Assembly: GCF_006345805.1 (NCBI RefSeq)
Contig: NC_043024.1
Location: 9,982,001 to 10,045,970 of the forward strand
Source: Octopus sinensis
Taxonomy: Eukaryota
Direction: 5' to 3'
Length of the DNA stretch: 63,970 nucleotides
Under the pieces are notes generated by a model. It saw only the letters and a program-made list of their open reading frames with translations. It ran no database searches and had not been told where the DNA came from. Shown here in pieces: positions 1-11,608 of this stretch; within the stretch, counting starts at the first letter, position 1, and the number at the start of each line of letters is the position of its first letter. A program made the translations under genes and the position numbers.

Positions 1-12
1 GGTGTGTGTGTT

Positions 13-45
<33 letters not shown>

Positions 46-120
46 GTGTTTGCATGTGTGTGTTTGTTTGTGTGTGTGTGTGTGTTTGTGTGTGTTGTGT
101 GTTTGTGTTGTGTGTGTGTT

Positions 121-152
<32 letters not shown>

Positions 153-259
153 TGCATGTGTGTGTTTGTTTGTGTGTGTGTGTGTGTGGTGTGTGTGTGT
201 GTGTTTGTGTGTGTGTTTGTGTGTGTGTGTTTGTGTGTGTGTTTGCGTGTGTGTGTTTG

Positions 260-295
<36 letters not shown>
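1..295. repeat. (GT)n microsatellite with GTTT variants
   Basis: Directly visible; explains the CV-repeat ORFs 2..331, 4..564 and 6..389. Confidence 0.98.
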
Positions 296-685
296 TTCAA
301 ATTTCAAATTGCAAAAGAATTGGTTCTCTGATCACTTATATTCATACACAATCTCCTTGTGGTTCACTAATCAAATTTCAATTCATTAACGGGAAAGTTT
401 ATGAAAATAAACAAAAGACGAAGGTAGGTGGAGTACAAACAAACAAATGTATTAGTATAGCGCTCAGGAATAGAAAAAGTCCTTTACGTTTCAAGCCTAC
501 GCTCTTCGACAGAAAGATACACAGAAAAGAAACAAGGAGAGAAAAAAATGCGTGTAGGAGCTAACGATCTATCAATTAATTAAGCAAGTTTAATTTTCTT
601 GAGAAAACCCATTTGTTATTCAATTTCTCCATTCATATAAGGGTACTGCACTGTATATTGTCTCCCTCTCAAAAGTGACAGTTTT

Positions 686-1165
686 TTTTAACCATTCCTC
701 TTCTCTCTTTGCAGGGTTTTTTTAACCATTTTTTTAACCATTTTTTAACCATTTTTTTAACCATTTTTAAACCATTTTTTTTAACCATTTTTAAACCATT
801 TTTTTAACCATTTTTTTAACCATTTTTTAAACCATTTTTTTAAACCATTTTTTAAAACCATTTTTTTAACCATTTTTTAAACAATTTTTTTAAACCATTT
901 TTTTAACCATTTTTTTAAAACCATTTTTTAAACCATTTTTTTAACCATTCCTCTTCTCTCTTTGCAGGGTTTTTTTAACCATTTTTTTAAAACCATTTTT
1001 TTAACCATTTTTTAAACCATTTTTTAAAACCATTTTTTAAAACCATTTTTTTAACCATTTTTTAAACAATTTTTTTAAACCATTTTTTTAACCATTTTTT
1101 TAAAACCATTTTTTAAACCATTTTTTAAAAACCATTTTTTTAACCATTTTTTTTTTAACCATTCC
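686..1165 (+). repeat. (AACCATTTTT)n-like 10-12 bp tandem array upstream of the SLC13 exon acceptor
   Basis: Dozens of ttaaccattttt units, interrupted twice by cctcttctctttgcag (ending ~713 and ~967). Confidence 0.9.
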
Positions 1166-1181
1166 TCTTCTCTTTTTTCAG

Positions 1182-1346
1182 GTTTCAGCTGGTTTCTTCA
1201 TAAATTTAGTCTGTGTCTTTACGCTGACATTGGCCGTCCACACATGGGGCGAATTAATATTCCACTTCAGTGAAGTACCCAGTGCCTTTCTAATAAATGC
1301 CAACACAACAGTCAACGCCACCACTGCCCTTAATGGAGGCCACTGA
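1182..1346 (+). CDS. SLC13: Terminal coding exon (copy 1) of an SLC13/Indy-family Na+/(di/tri)carboxylate cotransporter
   Basis: Acceptor ctcttttttcag|GTT. Translates VSAGFFINLVCVFTLTLAVHTWGELIFHFSEVPSAFLINANTTVNATTALNGGH*, which resembles the SLC13 last TM segment (VKTG..NIIGV....AVNTWG..IF). AATAAA at ~1445. Upstream exons lie outside the window. Confidence 0.85.
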   Translation, partial: VSAGFFINLVCVFTLTLAVHTWGELIFHFSEVPSAFLINANTTVNATTALNGGH

Positions 1347-1548
1347 TTGTCAGAAACCCTTTTTTTCATGGACTTTGTATTTTGTGTTGCAGACAAGAAA
1401 AAGGATCAGAGATCAGGGACCATTTTATGTTTGAAGATTCAGAAATAAATTTCTATTTTAATATTCACTTCCTGCATCAGAATATACATACATACATGCA
1501 TACATACATGCATACATACATACACACATACATACATATATACATACA

Positions 1549-1579
<31 letters not shown>

Positions 1580-1610
1580 CATACATAGACACATTCTTCT
1601 CTTTTTTCAG

Positions 1611-1775
1611 GTTTCAGCTGGTTTCTTCATAAATTTAGTCTGTGTCTTTACGCTGACATTGGCCGTCCACACATGGGGCGAATTAATATTCCACTTCAGT
1701 GAAGTACCCAGTGCCTTTCTAATAAATGCCAACACAACAGTCAACGCCACCACTGCCCTTAATGGAGGCCACTGA
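1611..1775 (+). CDS. SLC13: Terminal coding exon (copy 2, identical) of the SLC13 transporter, in a 429-bp tandem duplication
   Basis: Same exon and 3' UTR as 1182-1346, offset by 429 bp; acceptor cttctcttttttcag retained. Confidence 0.65.
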   Translation, partial: VSAGFFINLVCVFTLTLAVHTWGELIFHFSEVPSAFLINANTTVNATTALNGGH

Positions 1776-1912
1776 TTGTCAGAAACCCTTTTTTTCATGG
1801 ACTTTGTATTTTGTGTTGCAGACAAGAAAAAGGATCAGAGATCAGGGACCATTTTATGTTTGAAGATTCAGAAATAAATTTCTATTTTAATATTCACTTC
1901 CTGCATCAGAAT

Positions 1913-1977
1913 ATACATACATACATGCATACATACATGCATACATACATACACACATACATACATATATACATACA

Positions 1978-2008
<31 letters not shown>

Positions 2009-2250
2009 CATAGACACATTCATACATACATACATACGTACGTACATACATACATACACACATACATACACACATACAGAGATACATACATTCATACATT
2101 TATACATACATACATACATACATTTATACATACATACATACATACATACATACATACATTTATACATACATACATACATACGTGCATGAATACATACATA
2201 CATACATACACACACACATACATACACACACATACATACATACATACATT

Positions 2251-2282
<32 letters not shown>

Positions 2283-2340
2283 TACATACACACACATACA
2301 TATATACATACATACATATACATACATACATACATACATG
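1913..2340. repeat. (CATA)n/(CA)n microsatellite (shorter tract also at 1484-1590)
   Basis: Directly visible; source of the YIHT/MYVC ORFs. Confidence 0.97.
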
Positions 2341-2397
2341 TGTAGGTGTGTGTGTGTGTGTGTGTATTTATATGTGTATGTATGCATGTGTGTATAT

Positions 2398-2780
2398 ATA
2401 TTCTTTTACTTGTTTCAGTCATTTGACTGTGGCCATGCTGGAGCACTGCCTTTAGTCGAGCAAATTGACCCCAGAACTTATTCTTTAGAAGCCTAGTACT
2501 TATTCTATCGGTGTCTTTTGCCGAACCGCTAAGTAATGGGGTCGTAAACACACCAGCATTGGTTGTCGAGCAATGTTGGGGGACAAACACAGACACACAA
2601 ACATATACACACATATATACGATAGGCTTCTTTCAGTTTCCATCTACCAAATCCACTCACAAGGCATTGGTCGGCCCGAGGCTATAGTAGAAGACACTTG
2701 CCCAAGGTGTCATGCAGTGGGACTGAACCCGGAACCATGAGGCTGGCAAACAAAATGCTTACCACACAGCCACTCCTGCG
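2398..2780 (-). mobile_element. tRNA-derived SINE family A (CORE-like centre, internal (TA)n/(TG)n, (TAAAAGAG)n tail)
   Basis: Head GGCGCAGGAGTGGCTGTGTGGT..GGTTCAGTCCC (A/B-box like) and CORE-like GGCACCTTGGGCAAGT. Other copies at about 6285-7150, 10905-11082, 24270-25310, 33378-33925, 36520-36910, 40680-41095, 46925-47110, 53130-53730, 54715-55200, 55690-56050, 59500-61485, 62060-62215 and 63200-63575. Confidence 0.88.
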
Positions 2781-3189
2781 TATGTATGTGTGTGCGTATA
2801 TTTGCATTTGTATATGTGTATAAATATATATTGATCCTTCTCGATCCATGCCTGGCTCATTAGGGCCGGTTTCCCAGTTTCCTTGGCGTGTAGGTTCCCT
2901 ACCTGGACGGGACGCCGGGTCCGTCGCAGGTGAGCTGCAAGATGCAGAAGGAGGAAAGAGTGAGAGAAAGTTGTAGCGAAAGAGTCAGCAGGAATCACTG
3001 CTTCAGTAGAAAAGGTTTTGCTACCAAGAGTTACTTCCCTGTCTAAAGGTTGAAAGAACTTGGAAGCATTTAGCGATAACAGCAATATAATAATAATGAA
3101 ATTATTGTATACAGTGCTCAGGTGCACCACAACTTGTCAGAAAGTGCATATAAAGAACATGCAGTAATGTAGAAATGTCTGGGAAGTGA

Positions 3190-3455
3190 ACAATGTATGA
3201 GTCAGATACATGCTTGTGTGTGTATGGAGGGGAGAAAATCAGGTGTAGTGTTGGCGAATCTCAGGAAGCATGGAAGTTTTGAAGGATGCAGTGCTCCGAC
3301 AACTAACAACTGATGCCGGCAGTTTGTTCCATACTTCAGCAACTCTCAGCGTGAAAAAATGTTTCCTGAAGTCATGGGAGCTGTGCTGTTTTCTGACTTT
3401 GTAAACATGTCCACGGGTGTTAGATGGGTGGAGTTTGAACAAGGTCTGCAATTTC
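3190..3455 (-). mobile_element. CR1/L2-type LINE 3' fragment
   Basis: ORF 3239..3496: TRGHVYKVRKQHSSHDFRKHFFTLRVAEVWNKLP, a typical CR1 ORF2 C-terminus. Confidence 0.85.
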
Positions 3456-3751
3456 TGGGGATGGGGTAAGTCGGTTACATCGGCCCCAGTGCTCAATTGG
3501 TATTTATTTTATCGATTCTGAAATGGTGAGAGGCAAAGCTGACCTCGGCAGGATTTCAAATAAGAACATAGAGACAGACGAAATGCCCCTAAGCATTTCG
3601 TCCAACGTGCTCACGTTTCTGCCAGTTCAACGCTTCAAGAACTTGGCTCGTAAAGACAGATGAAATACTGCTAAGCATTTTGTAGTGTGTTAACTATTCT
3701 GCCAGCTCGCCACCTTAACAACAACAACAACAATAATAATAATAATAATAA

Positions 3752-5300
3752 AATGCCCTGATTCAGTACCAGGCAGTGGCTCTCGTGGCTTCTGATCTTA
3801 ACTGATTGGAAGTGTTATCATGTACATTGTTTTGTCTTGGTATAAAAGATGGGCTACAGCAAATATTCTGCTCAATACCACAGATTTGCTTTAATGCCCT
3901 GATGCAGTACCAGGCAGTGGCTCTCGTGGCTTCTGATCTCGACTGATTGGAAGTGTTATCATGTACATTGTTTTGTCTTGGTATAAAAGATGGGCTACAG
4001 CAATTATTCTGCTCAATACCACAGATTTGCTTTAATGCCCTGATGCAGTTCCAGGCAGTGGCTCTCGTGGCTTCTGATCTTAACTGATTGGAAGTGTTAT
4101 CATGTACATTGTTTTGTCTTGGTATAAAAGATGGGCTACAGCAAATATTCTGCTCAATACCACAGATTTGCTTTAATGCCCTGATGCAGTACCAGGCAGT
4201 GGCTCTCGTGGCTTCTGATCTTAACTGATTGGAAGTGTTATCATGTACATTGTTTTGTCTTGGTATAAAAGATGGGCTACAGCAATTATTCTGCTCAATA
4301 CCATAGATTTGCTTTAATGCCCTGATGCAGTTCCAGGCAGTGGCTCTCGTGGCTTCTGATCTTAACTGATTGGAAGTGTTATCATGTACATTGTTTTGTC
4401 TTGGTATAAAAGATGGGCTACAGCAAATATTCTGCTCAATACCACAGATTTGCTTTAATGCCCTGATGCAGTTCCAGGCAGTGGCTCTCGTGGCTTCTGA
4501 TCTCAACTGATTGGAAGTGTTATCATGTACATTGTTTTGTCTTGGTATAAAAGATGGGCTACAGCAAATATTCTGCTCAATACCACAGATTTGCTTTAAT
4601 GCCCTGATGCAGTTCCAGGCAGTGGCTCTCATGGCTTCTGATCTTAACTGATTGGAAGTGTTATCATGTACATTGTTTTGTCTTGGTATAAAAGATGGGC
4701 TACAGCAAATATTCTGCTCAATACCACAGATTTGCTTTAATGCCCTGATGCAGTTCCAGGCAGTGGCTCTCATGGCTTCTGATCTTAACTGATTGGAAGT
4801 GTTATCATGTACATTGTTTTGTCTTGGTATAAAAGATGGGCTACAGCAAATATTCTGCTCAATACCACAGATTTGCTTTAATGCCCTGATGCAGTTCCAG
4901 GCAGTGGCTCTCGTGGCTTCTGATCTCAACTGATTGGAAGTGTTATCATGTACATTGTTTTGTCTTGGTATAAAAGATGGGCTACAGCAAATATTCTGCT
5001 CAATACCACAGATTTGCTTTAATGCCCTGATGCAGTTCCAGGCAGTGGCTCTCATGGCTTCTGATCTTAACTGATTGGAAGTGTTATCATGTACATTGTT
5101 TTGTCTTGGTATAAAGATGGGCTACAGCAAATATTCTGCTCAATACCACAGATTTGCTTTAATGCCCTGATGCAGTTCCAGGCAGTGGCTCTCATGGCTT
5201 CTGATCTTAACTGATTGGAAGTGTTATCATGTACATTGTTTTGTCTTGGTATAAAAGATGGGCTACAGCAAATATTCTGCTCAATACCACAGATTTGCTT
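3752..5300 (+). repeat. 141-bp tandem array (11 copies) of the terminal segment of an (AAT)n-flanked dispersed element
   Basis: Unit AATGCCCTGATGCAG...GATTTGCTTT with period 141. The last copy runs into the element body (5300-5690), which is also seen at 16390-16950 and 25620-26695. Confidence 0.93.
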
Positions 5301-5733
5301 GTCAGTTGTTTGACTTTAACCAGATGAGCATGTCCCTTAGTGGCTGACGATATGTGCATTTCTGATCACAAGCAGAAGTAGTGGGGGAGCATCATAGTCA
5401 TGTACTGAGAGGAATTCTTGGGTGGTTTGAATAATTCACCTTTGGAAACATGGGTGGTTCTTTCAACATCCTTAAACAACACCTATTCAGGGACCTTTTG
5501 AGCAGGATTGGCTACTCACCTGGGCTCCACCTGCAAGGTCATGCATTGTTTATCTTGATGAGGTCACCATGTCGTGCACATATGGTTGTGATGCCCATGC
5601 CTGGTGTACCTTTATCAGACGGGTAGTCATGATGGGTATTTTGGGCTTCCTAAATTTGTGCCCTAGTATAATATCATCAATGCTGATCATTAGTAGTAAT
5701 ATATACATACATACATACATACATACATATATG

Positions 5734-5782
<49 letters not shown>

Positions 5783-6913
5783 ACCAAAGTATCAAGGTAA
5801 CTGTAGGTTACCCCACTCGGCACCCTAACAATAGACTCCCTGTCCTTGATACTGAACTTTAGTTGGAGACTGTGAACAACAGAGTGCAGCTCCTCCACTC
5901 CTATTACATGAAACCTGTAACTTCAAAATATGTTGTCCCCAATAACTCAGCTTTGTCACACAACATGAAAATCAACATACTAATAGCAGACCTAGTTAGG
6001 ATAATGAACAACATGTACTCACTATGCAAACCCTATGAAACTAGGAAACATGTACAGAACTTCATGCACCACATGTAATTCTCTGGATATGGTCAGAAAG
6101 ATAGGGCTTGGGTATACAGGGGAGCTAGAAAGAAGTTAGATAGCATTATATATAATGAAACCAAGGATGCCTGCTCCACATTAATATCTATGTGTATACG
6201 TAGGTATACGTGTGTAGAATGCATCCCCACTTTTGGCACTATTTTGTTAGTAAACAGTAAGAACTGTGTCTAAAGTATATACTCTTTACTCTTTTACTTG
6301 TTTCAGTCATTTGACTGCGGCAATGCTGGAGCACCGCCTTTTAGTCGAGCAAATCAACCCCGGGACTTATTCTTTGTAAGCCCAGTACTTATTCTATCGG
6401 TCTCTTTTTGCCGAACCGCTAAGTGACGGGGACGTAAACACACCAGCATCGGTTGTCAAGCGATGCTAGGGGGACAAACACAGACACACGAACACAGACA
6501 CACAAGCACACACACACATATATATATATATACATATATACGACAGGCTTCTTTCAGTTTCCGTCTACCAAATCCACTCACAAGGCATTGGTCGGCCCGG
6601 GGCTATAGCAGAAGACACTTGCCCAAGATGCCACGCAGTGGGACTGAACCCGGAACCATGTGGTTGGTTAGCAAGCTACTTACCACACAGCCACTCCTGC
6701 ACCTATATATATATATATATTATATATATATATACACATACATACATATATACAACAGGCTTCTTTCAGTTTCCGTCTACTAAATCCACTCACAAGGCAT
6801 TGGTCGGCCCGGGGCTATAGCAGAAGACACTTGCCCAAGATGCCACGCAGTGGGACTGAACCCGGAACCATGTGGTTGGTTAGCAAGCTACTTACCACAC
6901 AACCACTCCTGCA

Positions 6914-6965
<52 letters not shown>

Positions 6966-7365
6966 ATAATACATACATACATATATACAACAGGCTTCTT
7001 TCAGTTTCCGTCTACCAAATCCACTCACAAGGCATTGGTCGGCCCGGGGCTATAGCAGAAGACACTTGCCCAAGATGCCATGCAGTGGGACTGAACCCGG
7101 AACCATGTGGTTGGTTAGCAAGCTACTTACCACACAGCCACTCCTGCGCATGTATTACTACTCCGAATGTGGACAGTTCGTGTAACATGTAAAGCAAATA
7201 AACACGTAAAATGATAACAATGCCTTCATTTGAGTTGTCCATCACCCATCAAGAACGAAACTACACATAACAGTGCCTGCCCTACATACAGAAGTAAAGA
7301 CTGGAATAGGATACAGAGAGTTTGTGACAAAGCAAACACGATGAACACATGGTACAAGTCCAACA

Positions 7366-7681
7366 TGTGGGATTACGTCAGCAGCTGGGGAGCTGACCGG
7401 AACTTGGGGCTGACCGGAACTTGGGGCTGACCGGAACTTGGGGCTGACCGGAAGGGGCAGCGGTGACATGCGCGCATGCAGCGAGGGCAGGATTCTGCCT
7501 TTTCGAGTCAGGTCGCTGAGCAGGTACGACGGGTCATCACGTTGTTTAAGGTTGGGAGAAGCAGCTGCTATTTCTAGCATTCGGGTCAGGCTGTGTTGAA
7601 GGATCCATTACCGCTGAAGGGTCTCCATCTGAGCGAAAAGAAGGTAGGTGCCTTTATTTTGAATCTCTTGCATACACCACA
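7366..7681. mobile_element. Solo LTR (316 bp) inserted in the Penelope ORF
   Basis: Begins TGTGG and ends CCACA, flanked by a 5-bp near-TSD CAACA/CAATA. Removing it restores the KSNKYQS reading. Contains an 18-bp internal repeat GGGGCTGACCGGAACTT. Confidence 0.75.
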
Positions 7682-7923
7682 CAATAAATATCAAAGTGTG
7701 ATGTTTGTGGAGGCCACAGTCGATGGAGAACTAGCCCGAAGGTTTAGGAAAGCTCTGAGGGAGACCGAACTCAACATTAAGATTGTTGAAAAGCCAGGGA
7801 ACTTCATCATATCACAGTTATGTAGGATGTGTCCCTTTGAGAATGCCACATGCATGAATGGTAACTGCATGGTGTGTAAAATTAACCCTGGCATTAACTG
7901 TAGAACTAGAAATATAGTCTACA

Positions 7924-8520
7924 AAGGTGGCGAGCTGGCAGAAACGTTAGCACACCAGACGAAATGCTTACCGGTATTTCATCCGTCGTTTGGTTCTGAG
8001 TTCAAATTCTGCCAAAATCGACTTTGCCTGTCATCCTTTCGGGGTCGATTAAATAAGTACCAGTTATGCACTGTGGTCGATATAATCGACTTAATCCGTT
8101 TGTCTGCCCTTGTTTGTCCCCTCTATATTTAGCCCCTTGTGGGTAGTAAAGAAATAGGTATTTCGTCTGCTGTTATGTTCTGAGTTCAAATTCCGCCGAG
8201 GTCAACTTTGTCTTTCATCATTTTGGGGCCGATTAAATAAGTACCAGTTATGCACTGGGGTCGATATAATCGACTTAATCCGTTTGTCTGTCCTTGTTTG
8301 TCCCCTCTATGTTTAGCCCCTTGTGGGTAGTAAAGAAATAGGTATTTCGTCTGCCGCTACGTTCTGAGTTCAAATTCCGCCGAGGTCGACTTTGCCTTTC
8401 ATCCTTTCAGGGCTGATTAAATAAGTACCAGTTATGCATTGCTGTCAATATAATCGACTTTATCCGTTTGTTTGCCCCCTCTATGTTTAGCCCCTTGTGG
8501 GTAGTAAAGAAATAAGAAAT
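7924..8520 (+). mobile_element. tRNA-derived SINE family B with tandem 184-bp 3' units
   Basis: Head GGCGAGCTGGCAGAA..GAGTTCAAATTCC, central CCTTTCATCCTTTCGGGGTCGATAAATTAAGTACCAG, tail AAAGAAATA. Other copies at 29820-30020, 38437-39250, 41519-42260, 47200-47415 and 63890-63970. Confidence 0.88.
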
Positions 8521-8876
8521 GTAATCGACAACATAAGGTGCTTGTAAAGACAAGAACATGACATACATAGGGGTGACATCTAGAAGCATTGCAGAAAGAT
8601 TAGATGAACATTTGAAACAATATGATGACAAACAACAGTCCACCATACTCTGCCAACATACCAAAGACCAACAAGGAAGCCACCTGGGTCAACTTGACAT
8701 CCACATTTTATCCAAGCAGCCGAAGAACCCTGCACTCAGACAAATACAGGTGTATGTATAAATGAAACGTACCCCGTACTAAATAAGAAATACACATAGA
8801 GAGTAGTGATACCCCTATACCCATAGTATATACATATACAGGTAGATATGTTAGAAGGCTATGATATAGGTGAATA

Positions 8877-8947
<71 letters not shown>

Positions 8948-8948
<1 letters not shown>

Positions 8949-9214
8949 ACAATTGCAGCGTGGAAGGTGTTTGTAAGCCATTTAAGAAACATGGAAAAAC
9001 CGTTCGATTCACTTCAATATTTAAGTTTAATTTGTCAAAATATTTTCGTCGCTTTAAGACCGCGACCTGTTCACTGACAAAAATCCGAGGGAACAGGTCG
9101 CGGTCTTATAGCGACGAAAATATTTTGACAAATTAAACTTAAATGTTGAAGTGAATCGAACGGTCTTTGTGTGTTCTTAAATGGCTTACAAACACCTTCC
9201 ACGCTGCAATTGTT
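8948..9214. repeat. Near-perfect inverted repeat, ~125-bp arms, 18-nt loop
   Basis: AACAATTGCAGCGTGG...GCGACCTGTTC / GAACAGGTCGC...CCACGCTGCAATTGTT. Confidence 0.92.
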
Positions 9215-9269
9215 TTCGTTCCAGCACACGGTCTCAGATCAAATCACTTGCTATGCAAGTACATCTCTG

Positions 9270-9312
<43 letters not shown>

Positions 9313-9615
9313 TAGGTAGGTAAACACATATATATATAGGTAGGTGTTGCACTCATGATCAGAAGATCATGGTTTCAAAACCTAGACTAAGCGGTTCATT
9401 GTGTTCTTGAGCAAGAGGGTTCCTCTCCTATTGTTCTGCGATCACTTTGACCCCTGATGCATAGCACACCATCCACCTGTTCAGACAATGTCAATTTGAT
9501 GGAGAGAGGGAGCTAACATGCAGCACACCCATCTGATCATTGGGGACAAATAATTGATGTAGGTTGTTTTGCAAAAACTGAACCCTCATATATCACCTTC
9601 AACTGGAGAGTCCAT

Positions 9616-9658
<43 letters not shown>

Positions 9659-9742
9659 ATGTATATATATCCTTTAATCCTTTAAAATGTTTTAGTCCGA
9701 AGGCCGCGGCAATGCTGGGGCACCACCGCTGAATGAGCTACA

Positions 9743-9965
9743 CTAATATGTGAATCCACCTCTGATACGTGGCACTTGATCAACAAGGGAGTTCGACGCT
9801 GCTGCCCGCATCTGCGTCTCCTGTGGTGAGGTAGGTTCATCTGGGACTCCCGACAAGAAGAGATCCAGTTTAGTTTTAAAGAAACCCACATCCACACCAT
9901 GTAAGTCTCTCAGGCATTTAGGGAGGATGTTAAAGAGCTGTGGTCCTCTGAAACCCAAGCTGTTG
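9743..9965 (-). mobile_element. LINE (CR1/L2-like) 3' fragment; second copy at 45283-45570
   Basis: GFRGPQLFNILPKCLRDLHGVDVGFFKTKLDLFLSGVPDEP...RAAASNSL. Confidence 0.8.
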
Positions 9966-10079
9966 CAAGCTTATATATATATATATATACTCTTCAGACG
10001 GGAAGAGTGGGGTAACAGCTATTATTTTGAATCGGTACTATGAAGTTTGCAAATGGGAAAACCATTGATACTGTTGGCT

Positions 10080-10850
10080 GTAGACTCCGCCAACACCACC
10101 ACCACCACTATCACCAACACCACCACCACCACTATCACCAACACCACCACCACCACTATCACCAACACCACCACCACCACTATCACCAACACCACCACCA
10201 CCACTATCACCAACACCACCACCACCACTATCACCAACACCACCACCACCACTATCACCAACACCGCTACAGCCATGATCACAACCACCACCACTGCTGC
10301 TATTGACATGATCACCACCATCACTTCCATCTCCACCACCAGTCACCACCACCATCACCACCACCACCACTACAGCACCATCTCCTCCACCACCACCACC
10401 ACCATCACCACAACCATCAACACCACAACCACTGAGATCACCACCACCACCACCACCACCACCAACACCACTACCATCACAACCATCACCACTGACACTG
10501 CCACTATCACCATCACCACCACCACCACAACCATGATCACAATCATCACCACTACCACCACCATCACCACCACCACTGCACCATCTCCTCCACCACACCA
10601 CCACCATCACCACAACCATCAACACCGCAATCACTGAGACCACCATCGCCACCACCGCCACGACCACCACCAGCACCACCTCCACTGTCACCATGTCACT
10701 AGTATTGTCACTGCCACCACCACCACCACCACCACCACCCATACCTTCAAGACTACCTGCAGCAAGTGCGCCATCACCACCTTCAACGCCAACAGTACAA
10801 CCACTACCGGTGATACCAAAACAACCACCGCTACTATTACTACTGCTTCT
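10080..10850. repeat. (CAC/CAT)n low-complexity tract, including a 24-bp unit CACCACCACCACTATCACCAACAC
   Basis: Directly visible; explains the poly-T/H/V/G ORFs. Confidence 0.92.
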
Positions 10851-11308
10851 AAAGCCAACGGTTACAGAGGAGACAACTTTCCCTTTGCAAAACTACAACT
10901 TTGTGACAACCAATGCTGGTATGTTTACGTCCCCTGTAACTTAGCGGTTCGGCAAAAGAGACTGATAGAATAAGTACTGGGCTTACAAAAGAATAAGTCC
11001 CGGGGTCGATTTGCTCGACTAAAGGCGGTGCTCCAGCATGGCCACAGTCAAATGACTGAAACAAGTAAAAGAGTAAAGAGATATAAGGGTACTGCACTGT
11101 ATATTGTCTCCCTCTCAAAAGTGACAGTTTTTTTTTTAACCATTTTTTTTTACCATTTTTTAACCATTTTTTAAAACCATTTTTTAAACCATTTTTTTAA
11201 CCATTTTTTAAACCATTTTTTAAACCATTTTTTAAAACCATTTTTTAAACAATTTTTTTAACCATTTTTAAACCATTTTTCTTAACCATTCCTCTTCTCT
11301 CTTTTCAG

Positions 11309-11470
11309 GTTTCCACTGGTTTCTTGATAAACGTAATCTGTGTCCTTACGCTGACATTGGCCGTCCACACATGGGGCGAATTAATATTTCACTTCAATGA
11401 AGTACCCAGTGCCTTTCTAATAAATGCCAACACAACAGTCAATGCCACCGTCCTTAACAGTGGCCAGTAA
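11309..11470 (+). CDS. SLC13: Diverged terminal coding exon (copy 3) of the SLC13 transporter
   Basis: Acceptor cctcttctctcttttcag|GTT. Translates VSTGFLINVICVLTLTLAVHTWGELIFHFNEVPSAFLINANTTVNATVLNSGQ*. Frame intact, own AATAAA (~11518, ~11539), and the same upstream flank as at 637-690. Confidence 0.8.
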   Translation, partial: VSTGFLINVICVLTLTLAVHTWGELIFHFNEVPSAFLINANTTVNATVLNSGQ

Positions 11471-11608
11471 TTCTTAAAAATCCTCTCTGTGATTTTACTG
11501 GACTTTGTAAAGGAACAAAATAAACTTCGAGATTCAGAAATAAATTTTGATTTTAATATTCATTTCTTACATAAGAATATATATATATTTATGTGTGTGT
11601 GTGTGTGT

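Larger units (their letters stand above)
5780..8790 (+). mobile_element. Decayed Penelope-like element (RT C-terminus, Cys linker, GIY-YIG), split by SINEs and a solo LTR
   Basis: RT-thumb-like peptides (YYMKPVTSKYVVPNNSALSHNMKINILIADLVRIM); YRSKDWNR..TWYKSN|KYQSVMFVEAT; CMNGNCMVC..NCRTRNIVYK; then C..CKDKNMTYIGVTSRSIAERLDEH (GIY-YIG motif). The Cys linker suggests the Neptune clade. Confidence 0.8.

Noticed and set aside
470-525. Minus-strand hammerhead-like GTCGAAGAGCGTAGGCTTGAAACGTA
   Set aside because: Core box and stem II are degenerate; probably a dead Penelope end.
3763-5055. 430-aa ORF with 47-aa repeats
   Set aside because: A by-product of a 141-bp (3n) repeat; no domain, broken by a 1-bp deletion near 5110, and the same text occurs in dispersed TE copies.
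6540-7150. Tandem triple of the family A SINE 5' part (also at 53130 and 60887)
   Set aside because: Units are bounded by (TA)n on both sides, so ordinary microsatellite-mediated slippage or unequal exchange explains them.
10038-10742. Mucin-like, poly-His and poly-Gly ORFs
   Set aside because: A trinucleotide low-complexity tract open in several frames on both strands; no splice or domain support.
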